Notes under the pieces: generated by a model
Told to the model about the DNA's origin: nothing
What the model saw: the letters and a program-made list of their open reading frames with translations, nothing else
Databases searched by the model: none
Assembly: GCA_002633005.1 (NCBI GenBank)
Contig: NMRA01000138.1
Coordinates: 804,795 to 868,794 of the forward strand
Source: Phoronis australis
Lineage: Eukaryota; Animalia; Phoronida
Direction: 5' to 3'
DNA length: 64,000 nt
Shown here: piece after piece, positions 1 to 12,403 of the stretch
How positions within the stretch are numbered: the stretch's first letter is position 1
Layout: each line of letters starts with the position of its first letter
Position numbers and translations under genes: made by a program

Positions 1-1964
1 GGGGGGGGGGGTTGCAAGTTGCTCCAATGCAAGTTGTTCTTGGGTAACTAGACTAGATAATAATAAGTTGGTTTTACAATCTCATAAAGGTTTAGCTAAG
101 TAATTACGAGCACATCACAGTGTAAAAACAATATATTGAAATTGTACCATTGCTCAAATGAGATTTTAATTAATTTTCAGAAGTAATTGTACAGAACATA
201 TAAACTAAATATCTTCATGAAACACACCCATGCCTGGCTGCCTGTAACAGTCCCAAACAGGGACTCAATTAGTTATAGTATGAGCTTCTCCATGATTAAT
301 GACATTTTCTACTAATATAACTAAAAACTGGGCCCGAACTTTGTTAAAAATAAATTGGGACTTAGTCCTTAAAATTAGGGGAATCTCGAGAAAAGGTCCC
401 TAGTACTTACTGTCAGTAATATTGGGAATTCAACGTAGAGTTTACTCTTGATTTGTATCAAAGCCGAAATTTGACTAAAGTCATGTAACTGAGTGTAAGA
501 CAGGACAATCAGTGTTTTTACAAATTAGTCCACAAACACAAGGTAGGTTAAAGATTGTTAGTCAAGTATCTACACGAGACTGTTTCATGCAACCAAGCAC
601 TGAAGAATCACTGTTAAACCCAAACAAATTCACAAACAAATGCGGCCTCATGGCTTCATGGCTATGTACTTTTACACTGCTTAATCTGATTGTCACAGTG
701 TACTTTTATGTACACACTCAATCAAGACTGCATGTCAGCAACACTGACAGATACCTGATACAATACTGGTAATAACATTGTAAATTACAATTCAAAGGAT
801 CAAAGGTCCAATGGCAGCTAATGGTATTTTTCTTGTCCTATACTTGGGAACAAAACTAACAGCACATTACAGTAAACTATTAGTTAGTTCAGAATTTGAT
901 AACAGTAGCATAATGAACATCTCACTATTTAATGGCAAGACATGACATGTGTCAAAAATTGTAAGCTAGCTGAGTTTACCCTGTTAAGCTGGCACTAAAC
1001 CAAAAATTGAATTATGCCTTTCTCTCTCATAAATTGGTTTCACAGTATTCCTTAACCGTGATAGGATTCCATGTCCTTTACCAGCAAGAAAGATGATAGT
1101 GCCGAAACTATCAGTGACTCAAGAAAGTGCTTCCAGAGTTTATTGGGGTAGGTCAACCCTAAAATTGCAGATTTGAAAATGGCATTGTTTGTATGCATTG
1201 CCAGTGAGTAGAAAAACAGGAATGTCGAAAAAATCAGCAACTCATATCGATGCTTCAGTCAGTCTATTGGGCTTGGCCAACCCTAAAACGGCAAATTTGA
1301 AAATGGCGCACAAACGCATTGCCTGGAAGTTGGTACGGGAAACAGAACCCTATAAAAGTAAGGAATATTATGAAATACATTTTGATGACAGTAAAATGCC
1401 CATTCCATTTTCATTTTTAGTTAAGCTAAACAAGGCAAAAGCCAGCTCAAAAGGTGCTAGAAACTTGTCTCCTGTCCAAAATTAACCTTTGATTTAAGCA
1501 ACTTAAAACTGGTCTCAAGTTGCTTCATACTCAGGCTGGAAATGTTTTCTAAGTTATGTAACATTAGGTAACAACTGACATTTTATGCAAACTTAAGTCT
1601 AGTCAGAATGCCACCTGTGGCCACACCACGCCACCTAATGAATTTAAGTCCGAGTACATTTCTGCCCCAAACCGGGACTTCAACCGGGGACCTTCGGTCA
1701 ATATATTAATATAAACTGAGAGTTTGTTTTTGCTCATCTTGTAAGGAGCTGGTCTCAATATAAACCATCAGAAAAAGACGGTCCAGTCAAATTACTGAAC
1801 CTAGTCTCAAGTACTAAAAACCAATAACACCAAGCACACAAGTCACTTCTAATCTGAGTGGGGAACAACTACAGACAATGTTATTGCACATTTAAGAACT
1901 CCTCAACGGTGAAGCAACTGCACATGAAATCAATGTAAATTTTGAAATTCAATTCAAAACTTAC

Positions 1965-2105
1965 TAGCCAGCAGACAACATTGATGATCAAGTTCTCTGG
2001 AATTCCCTCAAAGTTGGTAAGGTTGAAGAACTCTGTCCTGTTCAACTTCTTGGAGTAGTATCGGTCGCACAGCTCTGGGGAGTCAGAGCTGGTAGAGAGG
2101 TCCAT
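1965..2105 (-). CDS. TMEM63: First coding exon of a TMEM63/CSC1-like (OSCA family) mechanosensitive channel; gene continues off the left edge
   Basis: Encodes MDLSTSSDSPELCDRYYSKKLNRTEFFNLTNFEGIPENLIINVVCWL, resembling the Cys...[FY]xG[IV]PxxLx[IL][ND] N-terminus of animal TMEM63. Acceptor cttCAG| at 2140-2138 (exon starts 2137), ATG at 2105, phase-0 donor GTAAGT directly after 1965. Confidence 0.8.
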
Positions 2106-2970
2106 GGCGTATTTTTCAATACCGCATCATCCAGTACCTGAAGACAAGTAAACACATGTGTATCTAAATTTGAAAGCTGGTACATGGTGGCAAGGAGGCA
2201 AAGAGGTACATGGTGCATCTTCAGGGCCATACTATCCAATACCTAAAGACACAGGTAAAAAGCAAAGTTAGCAGCTGACATGCAGCACCAAATTAAGAGC
2301 TAGGGGGACCGTGCTGTCTTCAGTGACGGAGTGCTATGTGGTACCTAAAGGTCACAAGACATAGAAGTTACAAACAAGTCTTCCAAAGGTAAGAAGAAAA
2401 TGCAAAACGCGAGAAGAGTATGGTGTGTCTTCATCACATCATCTGGAGCTGCCAGAGAGACACACTGCTTCAGGGAACAGACAGGAAGAGAGCTGAAAAG
2501 TGTCATCTCACAAAATTTATAATAAGGAACACAAATCAAATAACAAAAAAAGTCTTTAAAAAGACAAAACTCCACTATAATAAAGAGGTCCAATGTGCAT
2601 CTTCACTGAAGCATCATCCAGTACCAGAGGGTCACAAGACATGGATGTTGAAGGTCAAACACAGTACCCTGCCCCCCCCCCAAAGTAAGGGGCTTGTCTT
2701 CATTGCTACATCATCTGGTACAAAAAGATTACAAGAAATGACAAGAGACCAACTGCTCCAGCGCTGAACTGTGGAAGGCATGTGTCAAATGGCTACATGT
2801 CATTACTTATCTTGCTTGGCCAAGAGCAATCCTACTTATGAAATAGAATATTGACTCAAAAGGCCTCGTTTTATTTTGATTTGATATCTATTGATACCAC
2901 TCTAACATAGAGCAACTAACCAAGCCAAGTGCATTTTGCAATTAACACGTTTCCACACACTCTCTCAACA

Positions 2971-3058
2971 TCTAAATGTACGCTCAACAAGCTCCAGTCA
3001 TTCACTATGAGACTTCTAAATGTACGCTCAACAAGCTCCAGTCATTCACTATGAGACT
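2971..3058. repeat. 44-bp tandem duplication (x2)
   Basis: tctaaatgtacgctcaacaagctccagtcattcactatgagact occurs twice in tandem. Confidence 0.9.
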
Positions 3059-5236
3059 TCAATATATTCACCAAGTTCAATCCAATATCGTCCAACATCA
3101 ACTAAAATATTGAACAAGCATAACAGGCAATCAATAAAAAGTGCAGAGTACCTGTGGAATCATGAACACCACCACAAGACTTTAAACACCAGCATATACA
3201 TAACACAATCACTGTCACGCAGCACATACCTTTGTGATAAATCCATCACTTCTAATAGTTTTTGTGCAAAACAATTAACCTTGGTGACACATTTTTACAA
3301 CCTTCATAAGATTTAAGCATTTCAGAAGCCATATACTGTCCATAACTAGTCTGCTTCACTAACAAGAATTACGAAGCATTGCGGAATATGAACTGAAGAG
3401 CACTTGCAACCATATGTGCAAAGAGTAAAGAGACACTTGTTTGCATTCACCCAGTTCACTTTCAAAAAAATGTTGCTGCATTACTTCAAGCGAGAATTGG
3501 TAGGTATAGGTATCCCTAACATACCTGGCTGCATTCAATCTGTTATCACTACGTAATTCAAGAATACTGTTGATAACAGTGATATGGACATGACCTGGAA
3601 GACAAACCTTCCATGAACACCATACCTACACAAACAAGCCCAGGTTTAGATTAACAGCTGTGGTGCAGTGTGTAATTAAAATAAGACTTCAGTGTCACTA
3701 GTGGAAAGGGGAGAAAATCAATGCATCTAGTGAATAAATTATGGAGTGCAAGCAAAGGAAAGAGCCCTCCAATCAAATATAACTCAAGATGGAACGGACG
3801 TGCCCGTGCAGAAGGATGACTATTTCATCAGGCGCGTACTCAGGGGGGTCTCGGGGGGAGAGCAATTTGGCGAAGTGGGCAAAAAGGTCCACCTCAGACA
3901 AACAGAAACTCCGAAAAAAGTAGAAAACAAGACAAAAAGGCAGGAACCACCAAAATTCCGCGAATACACAAGTAAGCTCTGAACGTACCCCCTTCAATCT
4001 TAATAAAGGTCTACAATACATTCTCAAAAATTCGAGCGCCCCCATTTTTAGGACTGGTGTGCACATGTTCACGATCAATTTGAATCTAAATAGGGAGTTG
4101 CGTCAAAAGTTAGGATTTTGTCTTAAATCTCCATAATTATGAATCCGATTGAAAATTAAGTTATAATATGCAAGTGAAATAAGACACAGGAGGGCAGTGA
4201 CAACACAGTTGCAGGACACAGATAGTAACTTATGCACTTTCTAACATCACTTGTATAGTTATGTTCACAGGGAGTGACAGCAGCAGGTTGGATGTTCAGG
4301 ACAGATTGAAGTAACTGCAACCAGGTGTTAGCAAGTTTCTCATTAGTTGAGTCTGCACACATTCTTGGGTCAAAGTTTTTATTAAAAAAGGAAGACATCT
4401 GTTGTATGCAGTGAAGTGCAAGCCTGCAAATTAGCACAGGTATATGTAGTTATGAATCTGAGAGCGCTGGTTACAGGTGGTAGTAAGCAATGGACAGACT
4501 ATAGGGGCACCACCAGTACAAGACTGATGAAGCACAGAGATTAGGTTAAGCTTCAGCTGTAATTTTTTTTTTAATTAATTTGCATCAGATTTCAGTAAAG
4601 CATCAAGGGCTCATTTTAAGTACTAAGTTCGATCTTTGATAAAATGGTTCTAACTTCGATTTTAATTTGCACACAGTTCATTAACGACATGCTTCGTGAA
4701 GGTGGTCATTAAATCCGACTAAGAAAAATTACCAACTGTAAACAGCATCGAATTTGCAATAATGTGCCCGCAACCGCTTTAGCTGCGGCACACTTATGAC
4801 CTTTGACACAGTGGATCACAAATCTGAACTTTAATTGGTTTAAAAGTGTAACAGCAAGAGTGTTCAGAGTCACCAATCACACGTCTGAGCTGCAAAGCAA
4901 CCTACACCTTGCAATCCTTTTTCTTCATCCTGACAATCCCAGTCGAAGCTCGAAAATATAATCATTGAAGTATGTGAAGTGCAGTTTAAGAAAGTTTGTT
5001 TACAGTTATTGCAAAAATCCAGCAAAATGAGGATGCGACATATCCCATCCTATCGAACAGTTGCTGCAAAAAGTTGAATATGTAGTTTGCCAAACACACA
5101 TTGTGTTTTGCACAACAATGAATCACACTATGGAGCAAACAACTTGAAGATTTGTAACGGCTCTACATCACAAAATAAGTTCACAAAAAGGATTCAGCAA
5201 ATCACACGCCACTTTATGTTCCTTCCGAAAATTCTT

Positions 5237-5626
5237 TAAAGTCCCTTTTAGACATCAACTTTTGATCCAGTGCAACTGACACAGATCAACTTGATCGGTG
5301 TCAAGTGGCCGTTTACACACGCAATTTCATTAACTGTGGCAAGACGGAAGTTGTACACTGGAGAGAGGAATGCACGTGCGCAGGTTTTCAAATAGCGGGA
5401 GTTGCAGAGACAGAGAACCTGTATGTAGGTCATTGCACAAGTGCAGTAGAGATGATCCTTTCTGCCTTGCCCAAGTTTCGCGTTTAGATGTATAATTGAC
5501 ACGGAGCAAGATGTGAAGGCGCAAATTGCCTCACCTAACAATCGTGCCAATCCCGTTTACACGCTGGAACATCTCGTTCCAAGTCAGCTGATCCGTGTCA
5601 ACTTTTGTAGTGTAAACGGCACTTAA
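5237..5626. mobile_element. Degenerate MITE, PIF/Harbinger-like
   Basis: Repeated (g)ccgtttacac motifs with an inverted gtgtaaacggcac terminus, internal gacac(a/g)gatca inverted motifs and TTA/TAA flanks. The left end is degraded. Confidence 0.35.
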
Positions 5627-5695
5627 CTCACCTACAGCCAAACAAAAACACAGTCACATAAAAGATTAAAGCAAATGCCAACCCACCAATACCTT

Positions 5696-6070
5696 CATAG
5701 GCGGATTTAGGGGGGGGGGGGGGGNGGGGGGGGCCCAGGGGGCCCAGGCCCCCCCTTGACTGCCACAAAATAATAAAACAGTAAGAGCATAGGGAAATGT
5801 TGATGAAAAAAGATTTAAATGTGTGCAGTTTTTGTGTTGGGGGGGGCTCAGATCCAATTTCAAGTGTCAAATTCGGAACACGGCGCATTCGTAACGGAAC
5901 TATGGCTAAGTATAGGCTCTCCCGCGATATCCCAGGCGACCGGCTGTGGCGCTGCACACTACGACCCCGTTTCCGTCGTCTGCTCCACTGTGCAATGAAG
6001 AAAATTTACTTCATTTTTTAAAGAAAATGGAACCTGAGTGACGATGAAAAAACAGAAGCTGCTGGTAAGA
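5696..6070 (+). mobile_element. Probable 5' remnant of a hAT-like DNA transposon
   Basis: cataggcggatttaggggg... GC-rich terminus of the type seen in hAT-like elements, then a CpG-rich stretch, a frameshifted MKKI(T)SFFK-like start and a GTAAGA donor. An N lies at 5725. Confidence 0.3.
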
Positions 6071-6665
6071 TGTGAATTTTAATCGAAGCCTTAGTAAATC
6101 ACTCAGAAACTCGCAATACTCTCTTTGTCAAACCTTATCTTAAGATGATTTCCAAAGCAATCCCGTCATTATTGCCAACAAGAAAAACGGATTTGGTCTT
6201 TTAGGCATTTGAAGACTGTTTTAAATACGACAAATTTGTTAAGAATTGATGGCACAAAATATAAAACGTGTAATAAGCATTACAAAAACAAGTAGGTTTC
6301 GCGCAAACGCTGTGGACCATAAACAAGTAGGTCTCTTAATCTGACATTACCAGTTAAATCGTGGTGGTGTAGTGGTAACGCAGTAGTAGTCATGATTGCA
6401 GTTGTACATACTGTAATAGTTTGTAGTTATGGGCAAAGGCCACAGTTCAAGGGGCTGATTTTGATGTTATCACTTGTCCGAGTGAAAGAAAACCCTTGTC
6501 TACATCCTGTCTCAAGACACTTAAAAAAGGTATAGCTGACAAAGAGCACACTTGATGGGGTTTCTCAAAGATGAAGACATTCAACAAAGCCACTGGAAGT
6601 CTTTGCCTTGCTATGTTCACTGGAAAAATGAGTAGCAAAAAACTAACCAAAACTTGCGATGTTGG

Positions 6666-7775
6666 CCTTTTATTTATACATTTATTGGCAAAGAGAAAAA
6701 CATTACAATACCACAAAAAGACAAAGAACACCATAGACACCCACACGCACACACATATATACCCCACAACTAATCCACTTGACTGCTAAGAAAAACCGTT
6801 TCAAAGTTACACCATCTTTTTTGTATAAATTCTAAATTCAAATCATTACAAGCACATTTCACTCATATTATATTCTTTGATGAAGTTAAAAAATCTACTT
6901 AGAAGTAATCTTTTTTATTCAAACTTTTGAGTATAAATAAACTGCTTACCCAATAATAAAACAATGTTTTTAAATTTTTCTTTTTATCATAAAAGCCAAA
7001 AATAACGTTGTTGCAGGAGAGAGTGCCGATACACTGGGAATTTGCTTTGTTTAGAATTTCGTTATTAACTTTTGTCCAAAATGAATTTACTGTTTCACAT
7101 TCCTAAAATAAGTGTTTCAAAGTCTCTTTCGATTGTCCACAAAAGGAACAAGAGTCGTCATCCGTAACTTGAATTGTTTTTAAAAATGAGTTAGTAGTCA
7201 AAATTCTCGTCAAGAGTCTGAACTGAAGCCACCAAATTCTTGGGTCTCTTGTTGTGTTATATAGAAGGGAATAAACATCTTCCCATGAAAAATTAGTTGT
7301 GCTTACGTTCAGTTCGTTGACCCATTTTGACTCCGCTTTTGAGACTTTGGAACTATAATTTAATTGTGTACAGATATGTTGACACCCTCTTCCACCACTT
7401 TTCAGTTTCATTAAGATCGTTCGCATAACAGAACAATACGCATTAAAACTAACAACTCTATCAATACCACATTTCTGTTGGTACTTAAATATCACTGAAA
7501 TTGGACTATTATACTCCATAAAGTTCGTTTTGATACCTAAAATATCCACAATAAATCTATAGCTCAAAATATTACCGTCTGGGGAAAACAAGTCCTTTGT
7601 AAAGACTATGCCTCTATTGCACCAGTTCCTGTAGAAAATACTTTTTGCTCCTGCCTTCAGATCACTGCTAAACCATAAAGGTTGGTTAAGAAAATTTATC
7701 TGATTTTTGATCTTCAAACAATTTCCAAAGGAGATTCGACATTCAAAAAAATCTTTCCAGGCACAAAATATCATG
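6666..7775 (-). mobile_element. 5'-truncated non-LTR retrotransposon (L1/Tx1-like) ORF2 C-terminus with zf-RVT, decayed
   Basis: ORF 7103-7774 contains QPLWFSS...WLQFRLLTRILTTNSFL...CSFCGQSKETLKHLF*ECETVNSFW, a CCHC zf-RVT motif interrupted by a W-to-stop change. The 3' end has AATAAATGTATAAATAAA near 6668-6685. Confidence 0.85.
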
Positions 7776-9038
7776 GCTGCCCTAGTGCAAGACAGGAGAA
7801 AGAATACAAATGCTCTTGCACTCTCAATTCCAGACTTTAAGTTGCGCTATATGTCATTGCAAACCAGGCTTTTGATAATCACTAGTTGTCTGAAGGGTTC
7901 CTGAATTCACGCCAAAAATTCAACATTGAACAAGGATATGCTCTAAAAATGGTGGGACTTCTTTATCTGGGTAGAGCAGAGGTCAAATGTTTGGACTTCG
8001 TAACTATTTACTCAAAACTACTGCAGGGAACTACAGAATGCCAGTCATGGTAAACACTTCCCATTCAGTCCACACAATCACGGTCAAACCTCACTCACTC
8101 CATTTTTGAGGAGCTACAAAGGCCTGAACTGTGGTCTTAAAATCTATAAAGTTGTTTGGACATTCTAAATGTCAAGAATAAAATGCTGTTATTATTTATT
8201 ACATAGTTAAATGAGCAACACTGAAAGTTCCGTTTAGTACAAACCATGGTAATAACAAAGTCAAGTTTTTAGGTCATTGTTAATTTTGTTGCGAAAATTG
8301 CAAAAGCTCATCCTCCCCATTGGTAGTCTGAGGGCCATAATTGGGATGATAAGTCTGCTCACAAGACCAAGACACTGTCCAAATGGATTGTACATTGTGG
8401 CTTCATAATTCTTCTGCTATCAAGCAAAAAGGTTTAAGCTGATAGCATGTCAGATCAGATTAGAGAACAAAGCAATCAGAGAATACATGTCTCAGCAATA
8501 ACTCAGGTGACCTGTTTGGTAATAGTCATTTTACAGTGGTCCCCCATTTTGAGAACAAGTTTTCTCCACAGAATAGCTGGCATTAAACTGGTTCTCAAAA
8601 TACAGGACTTCAGTAAGTGACCAATGTCAGATGTTCTTCCCTGCCAGTTCCTGTTAGCATATATTTGGTGATTTCCCATGATTTTAAAAACTGACAACTT
8701 TATTACATCAGACTTTGTTAACACAATATGCAGTATCCCAAAATTGCTCATGTCCCGATCTTAAAAGAATTAAGAATATTTAGTTTCAGCACAAAATGTC
8801 CCGAGCTGGAGAATTTTATGGCACCATGTAAGCTAGAAATTTAAAGCCCAGTGTGACAGTGGTCATCTTCACACAGTTCTTATCCTGTTGGGGTACAAGC
8901 TTCGCCCAGTGATACTCAAGTCAAGAATTTGGAACATCCAACTTTCCAGCACATAACCATACTTTCACTTTTCAACCTCACTGTATAATTTCTGGTGGAA
9001 TGTATGGTATAACAGAAACCACTACAACTCCTTTGTTA

Positions 9039-9690
9039 TGTAACGGGAATCGGTGGAGCGACCAGCACCGATCTACCTAGTTTCTAAAATGTCGACTGTT
9101 CGTAGCCGATAAAAATATTTGCAGCGTTGTGTACTTTTTCACTCGTTCGAATCGCATACGAGAGAACCATGGTGACAACTTATAGAGAGTGAAACAAGAG
9201 AGAAGTAGATAAATATGCTGAATTTTATTATGCGATATATATGAAACACAGATCTACAAACTTACAACTCATCGCTAACTTCCGTCGTCATCGCAGCTTT
9301 AACTTTTAGCCCAAAGAATTTATAGACAGGAAGAATTCGCTAAAAACGTCAAAGTCCAAATTTAAAAGGCCCAAACAGTTAGTTTTGCTCAGCTGAGGTT
9401 CCTTGCGGATAGAGTCGAGACCCGGCAGAATCCGAAGTTTTAGCGTGAGGGGCCCATTTTTATAGGCGTATTCGCACCGCGAATGTTCCAAATTACGCTA
9501 AAATAGGGGTCTCAAGATAAATGTGAAAACCAATCAGAATAGAACTAAAAATTTCGTCATCGGAAGTTCCATATAAGGAATTGACCATCTTACACCCCTT
9601 TACAATATAATAACACACTCTAGCTTCTGAAACTAATCTGACGACTCGTCTTCACTCATGGCTCCATTAATAGACGGCGCTCCCGTCACA
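9039..9690 (-). repeat. 3' LTR (652 bp)
   Basis: Direct repeat of 15373-16026; TGTAAC...GTCACA on the + strand. Confidence 0.96.
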
Positions 9691-9703
9691 CTCCCCCTTT
9701 CTC
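9691..9703 (-). other. Polypurine tract (PPT)
   Basis: Minus strand GAGAAAGGGGGAG abuts the 3' LTR. Confidence 0.9.
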
Positions 9704-10219
9704 AGATCTAAGGTACACTGTACATAGATGCAAGTCATGAGTGAAACAAAAATAAAACTAAAATAAAACTAAAATAAAAAGAATACAGCCAGTTACCAAA
9801 CACCTAACTCGTGCACACTACATAATACACGGAACGTGCCAAACATAACAATCTTCTATTTCATACGCAATCAAGTATTATGTAAAAACGGATCTAACAA
9901 CTAACAACTGTGACAGTAAGTGATCCTACAACAATGATATAAAAAAACTAGGTTAGCATTGCAAGGCACACAGACCGGTTGTGTGGCCGTACAACAAAAA
10001 TGATACAAAAAGAACACTTATACCAAACTCAGTCTCAACTATCTATATGGCATCTGGGACGTCTGCTTTCCTCCGCGGCAGCAATCCGTGCCCAATATTG
10101 ACGGTTAACAACCACCATGGTTCCAACGGTCCCGTGGCCTTTCTTTTTAACATGTCGGTTGACTTGACGCCGTCGTTGGTGACGAAACCCACAAGAGCTG
10201 CATACGGAAATCGTTTTGT

Positions 10220-12403
10220 TCAAATCTGGTTGAATCTCACAGGCTTCCGTATAATACGACCCCTCCTGTCGGTCCTCGTGTTCTCAGTCGCTGGTGGCGG
10301 AGTATCCTCCCGACCCGAGTGATCCTCGTCCACATTCGATGGTGCAGAATCACCGGGCGCCGCGTTCTGGACATCCGAGGGATTCTCGTCCACGATCGGT
10401 GGTGCAGAATCCCAGGGAACCAAGCCCTCCTGTGAACAGGCCTTTAAATGGTCTACGTGAACAACAATTGCACGAGCGCTAGGACCTTCCTGAATTCTGT
10501 AAAGGTAGTCACTTAACTTTGCAAGAACCAAATAGGGACCCCGCCAACCCAATCCCAATTTCTGTTGAGCAGTGGGTGGGTACCACCTATAAACAAAACT
10601 ACCCTCCTCAAATTTATTCAAAACTGTTTTAGCATCGTAATACGTTTTCTGGCGCCTAGAACTGTTTTGTAGGTTCTCTCTAGCAAATTCGAAAGAGTTC
10701 TGGACAGACGACCTCAGCCACTCAACATATTCAACCAAGCATGAAGGAGAGGAGTCTGAATGCGCCTCCACAGGATTACCAACCATAATATCAATAGGAA
10801 GCGACACCTCGCGACCAAAAATCAACTTGTATGGAGTACAGCCTGTACTATCATGAACTGTAGATCGGTAAGCCATCATGACATATGGTAAATGATCATC
10901 CCAATCCCCATGACTATCATTCACAAACATAGCCAGCATCTGCTGAACAGTTCGATTAAAACGCTCAATCATACCGTCGCTCTGCGGACGATAGGGTGTA
11001 GTTCGCGTTTTACTGATCCGTAAAAGTTTACAAAGTTCGGCCATAAGCTCACTCTCAAATTCTTTACCCTGGTCAGAATGCAAAAATTTAGGAACACCAA
11101 ATCGACTAATGAACTGAGTCATCAGAGTATCTGCAACAGTATAAGCTGTGTGATTAGGTATACTATAGGCTTCAACCCATTTACTAAAATAATCACCAAC
11201 AACCATAATGTACTTATTACCATTCTCTGTTTCAGTGAGAGGACCCATGATGTCAATCGCAATACGTTGAAAGGGAGCGCCTACTTTACTGGGCTTGAGA
11301 GGGGCACGACCCCGCCCTGGACCTGGTTTCCGACGTGCACACATGTCGCACTTGCGACACCACCAAGTGACATCTCCTAATAACCCTGGCCAGTAAAATC
11401 GTGATCTCACAGCTTTTAAAGTTCTCTCCCTACCAAGATGACCTGCCGTACGACTGTCATGCAAAGCCTTCATAATTTCACTTCGCAGAACTTGCGGAAC
11501 CACTACCACTAGTTGATCTCCAAGACCATCACTATCGACCCATCGTCGATATAAAACACCATCTCTAAACTCAAGCAAATTCCATTCACTCATTAAACGT
11601 TTGGTTAATCTATCATAACCACCGATTTCATCAAAAGAGGGTTTTTCCACCGAAGCCTCTTTTCTTAAAACAACGGGACCAATGACCGAATCATCGAGTT
11701 GAAACTTGCGCAGCTCCTCTGAACTCCAAGTTGGCAACCAAACACTAGAATCACAGGATTCACTACTAACCTTACGTTTCCTGCATTTCGGCACAGCCGC
11801 CGCTACAAAACAACAATTTGCGCATTGTTGACAATCCTCACGCTGACAACGTCGCCGGGGTTTCCTAGAAAGACCATCAGCGTTCCCGTGAAGACTCCCC
11901 TTACGATGTTTGATTTCAAAATCATAAGTGTCCAAAATAGCAATCCACCTCGCTACCATATCAGTAGGTTCCTTAAAATTTCTTAGCCACCTTAAAGAAC
12001 TATGATCAGACATCACTGTAAATTTCCTACCCCACAAATAATGACGAAAATGTTTTACAAATGTCACCACGGCCAATAATTCACGATAGGTAGTACAGTA
12101 CCCCTGCTGAGATTTAGACAAAGTTTTGCTGGCATACGCTAGAACTTTCTCTTCACCATTCTGTACCTGAGACAAAACACCTGAGATGCCAAAGGCACTC
12201 GCGTCCGTGTCTAAAATGAACTCACCACCGTCACGATCGGGAAATGACAAAATAGGATGATCAGTCGTCAACGCATCCTTCAGCCTAATAAAAGACTCCT
12301 CACACGAGTCATCCCATACGAATTTACGATTTTTCCTCGTCAGTGCCGTCAACGGAGCAGCGATCGTAGAAAAGTCGGGAGTGAACTTTCTATAGTACGA
12401 GGC
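10220..12403 (-). CDS. pol: Gypsy pol C-terminal part: RT connection, RNase H, integrase (HHCC, DDE, GPY/F)
   Basis: ASYYRKF, ILDTDASAFGISGVLSQ, HDSRTAGHLG..C..C, IAIDIMGP, LHSDQGKEF, DGMIERFNRT, WRGPY. Joined to the upstream part across a 1-nt frameshift near 12404. Confidence 0.95.
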   Translation of the reverse strand, partial: ASYYRKFTPDFSTIAAPLTALTRKNRKFVWDDSCEESFIRLKDALTTDHPILSFPDRDGGEFILDTDASAFGISGVLSQVQNGEEKVLAYASKTLSKSQQGYCTTYRELLAVVTFVKHFRHYLWGRKFTVMSDHSSLRWLRNFKEPTDMVARWIAILDTYDFEIKHRKGSLHGNADGLSRKPRRRCQREDCQQCANCCFVAAAVPKCRKRKVSSESCDSSVWLPTWSSEELRKFQLDDSVIGPVVLRKEASVEKPSFDEIGGYDRLTKRLMSEWNLLEFRDGVLYRRWVDSDGLGDQLVVVVPQVLRSEIMKALHDSRTAGHLGRERTLKAVRSRFYWPGLLGDVTWWCRKCDMCARRKPGPGRGRAPLKPSKVGAPFQRIAIDIMGPLTETENGNKYIMVVGDYFSKWVEAYSIPNHTAYTVADTLMTQFISRFGVPKFLHSDQGKEFESELMAELCKLLRISKTRTTPYRPQSDGMIERFNRTVQQMLAMFVNDSHGDWDDHLPYVMMAYRSTVHDSTGCTPYKLIFGREVSLPIDIMVGNPVEAHSDSSPSCLVEYVEWLRSSVQNSFEFARENLQNSSRRQKTYYDAKTVLNKFEEGSFVYRWYPPTAQQKLGLGWRGPYLVLAKLSDYLYRIQEGPSARAIVVHVDHLKACSQEGLVPWDSAPPIVDENPSDVQNAAPGDSAPSNVDEDHSGREDTPPPATENTRTDRRGRIIRKPVRFNQI

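Noticed and set aside
3130-3430. Possible decayed Penelope C-terminus (DLSISEAIY) and CTGAAGA-GCAC..GTGC-AAAG hammerhead-like motif
   Set aside because: Multiple stops and frameshifts, and the GAAA core is incomplete; too degenerate to call without an HMM search.
7780-8360. Traces of retroelement proteins on the minus strand (SLELRVQEHL GIY-YIG-like; YGPQTTNGEDELLQF endonuclease-like)
   Set aside because: Very short, interrupted matches; cannot be supported by eye.
10035-10223. Short ORF after pol as a possible env/ORF3
   Set aside because: TTG start, 62 aa, no signal peptide, TM segment or recognisable motif.
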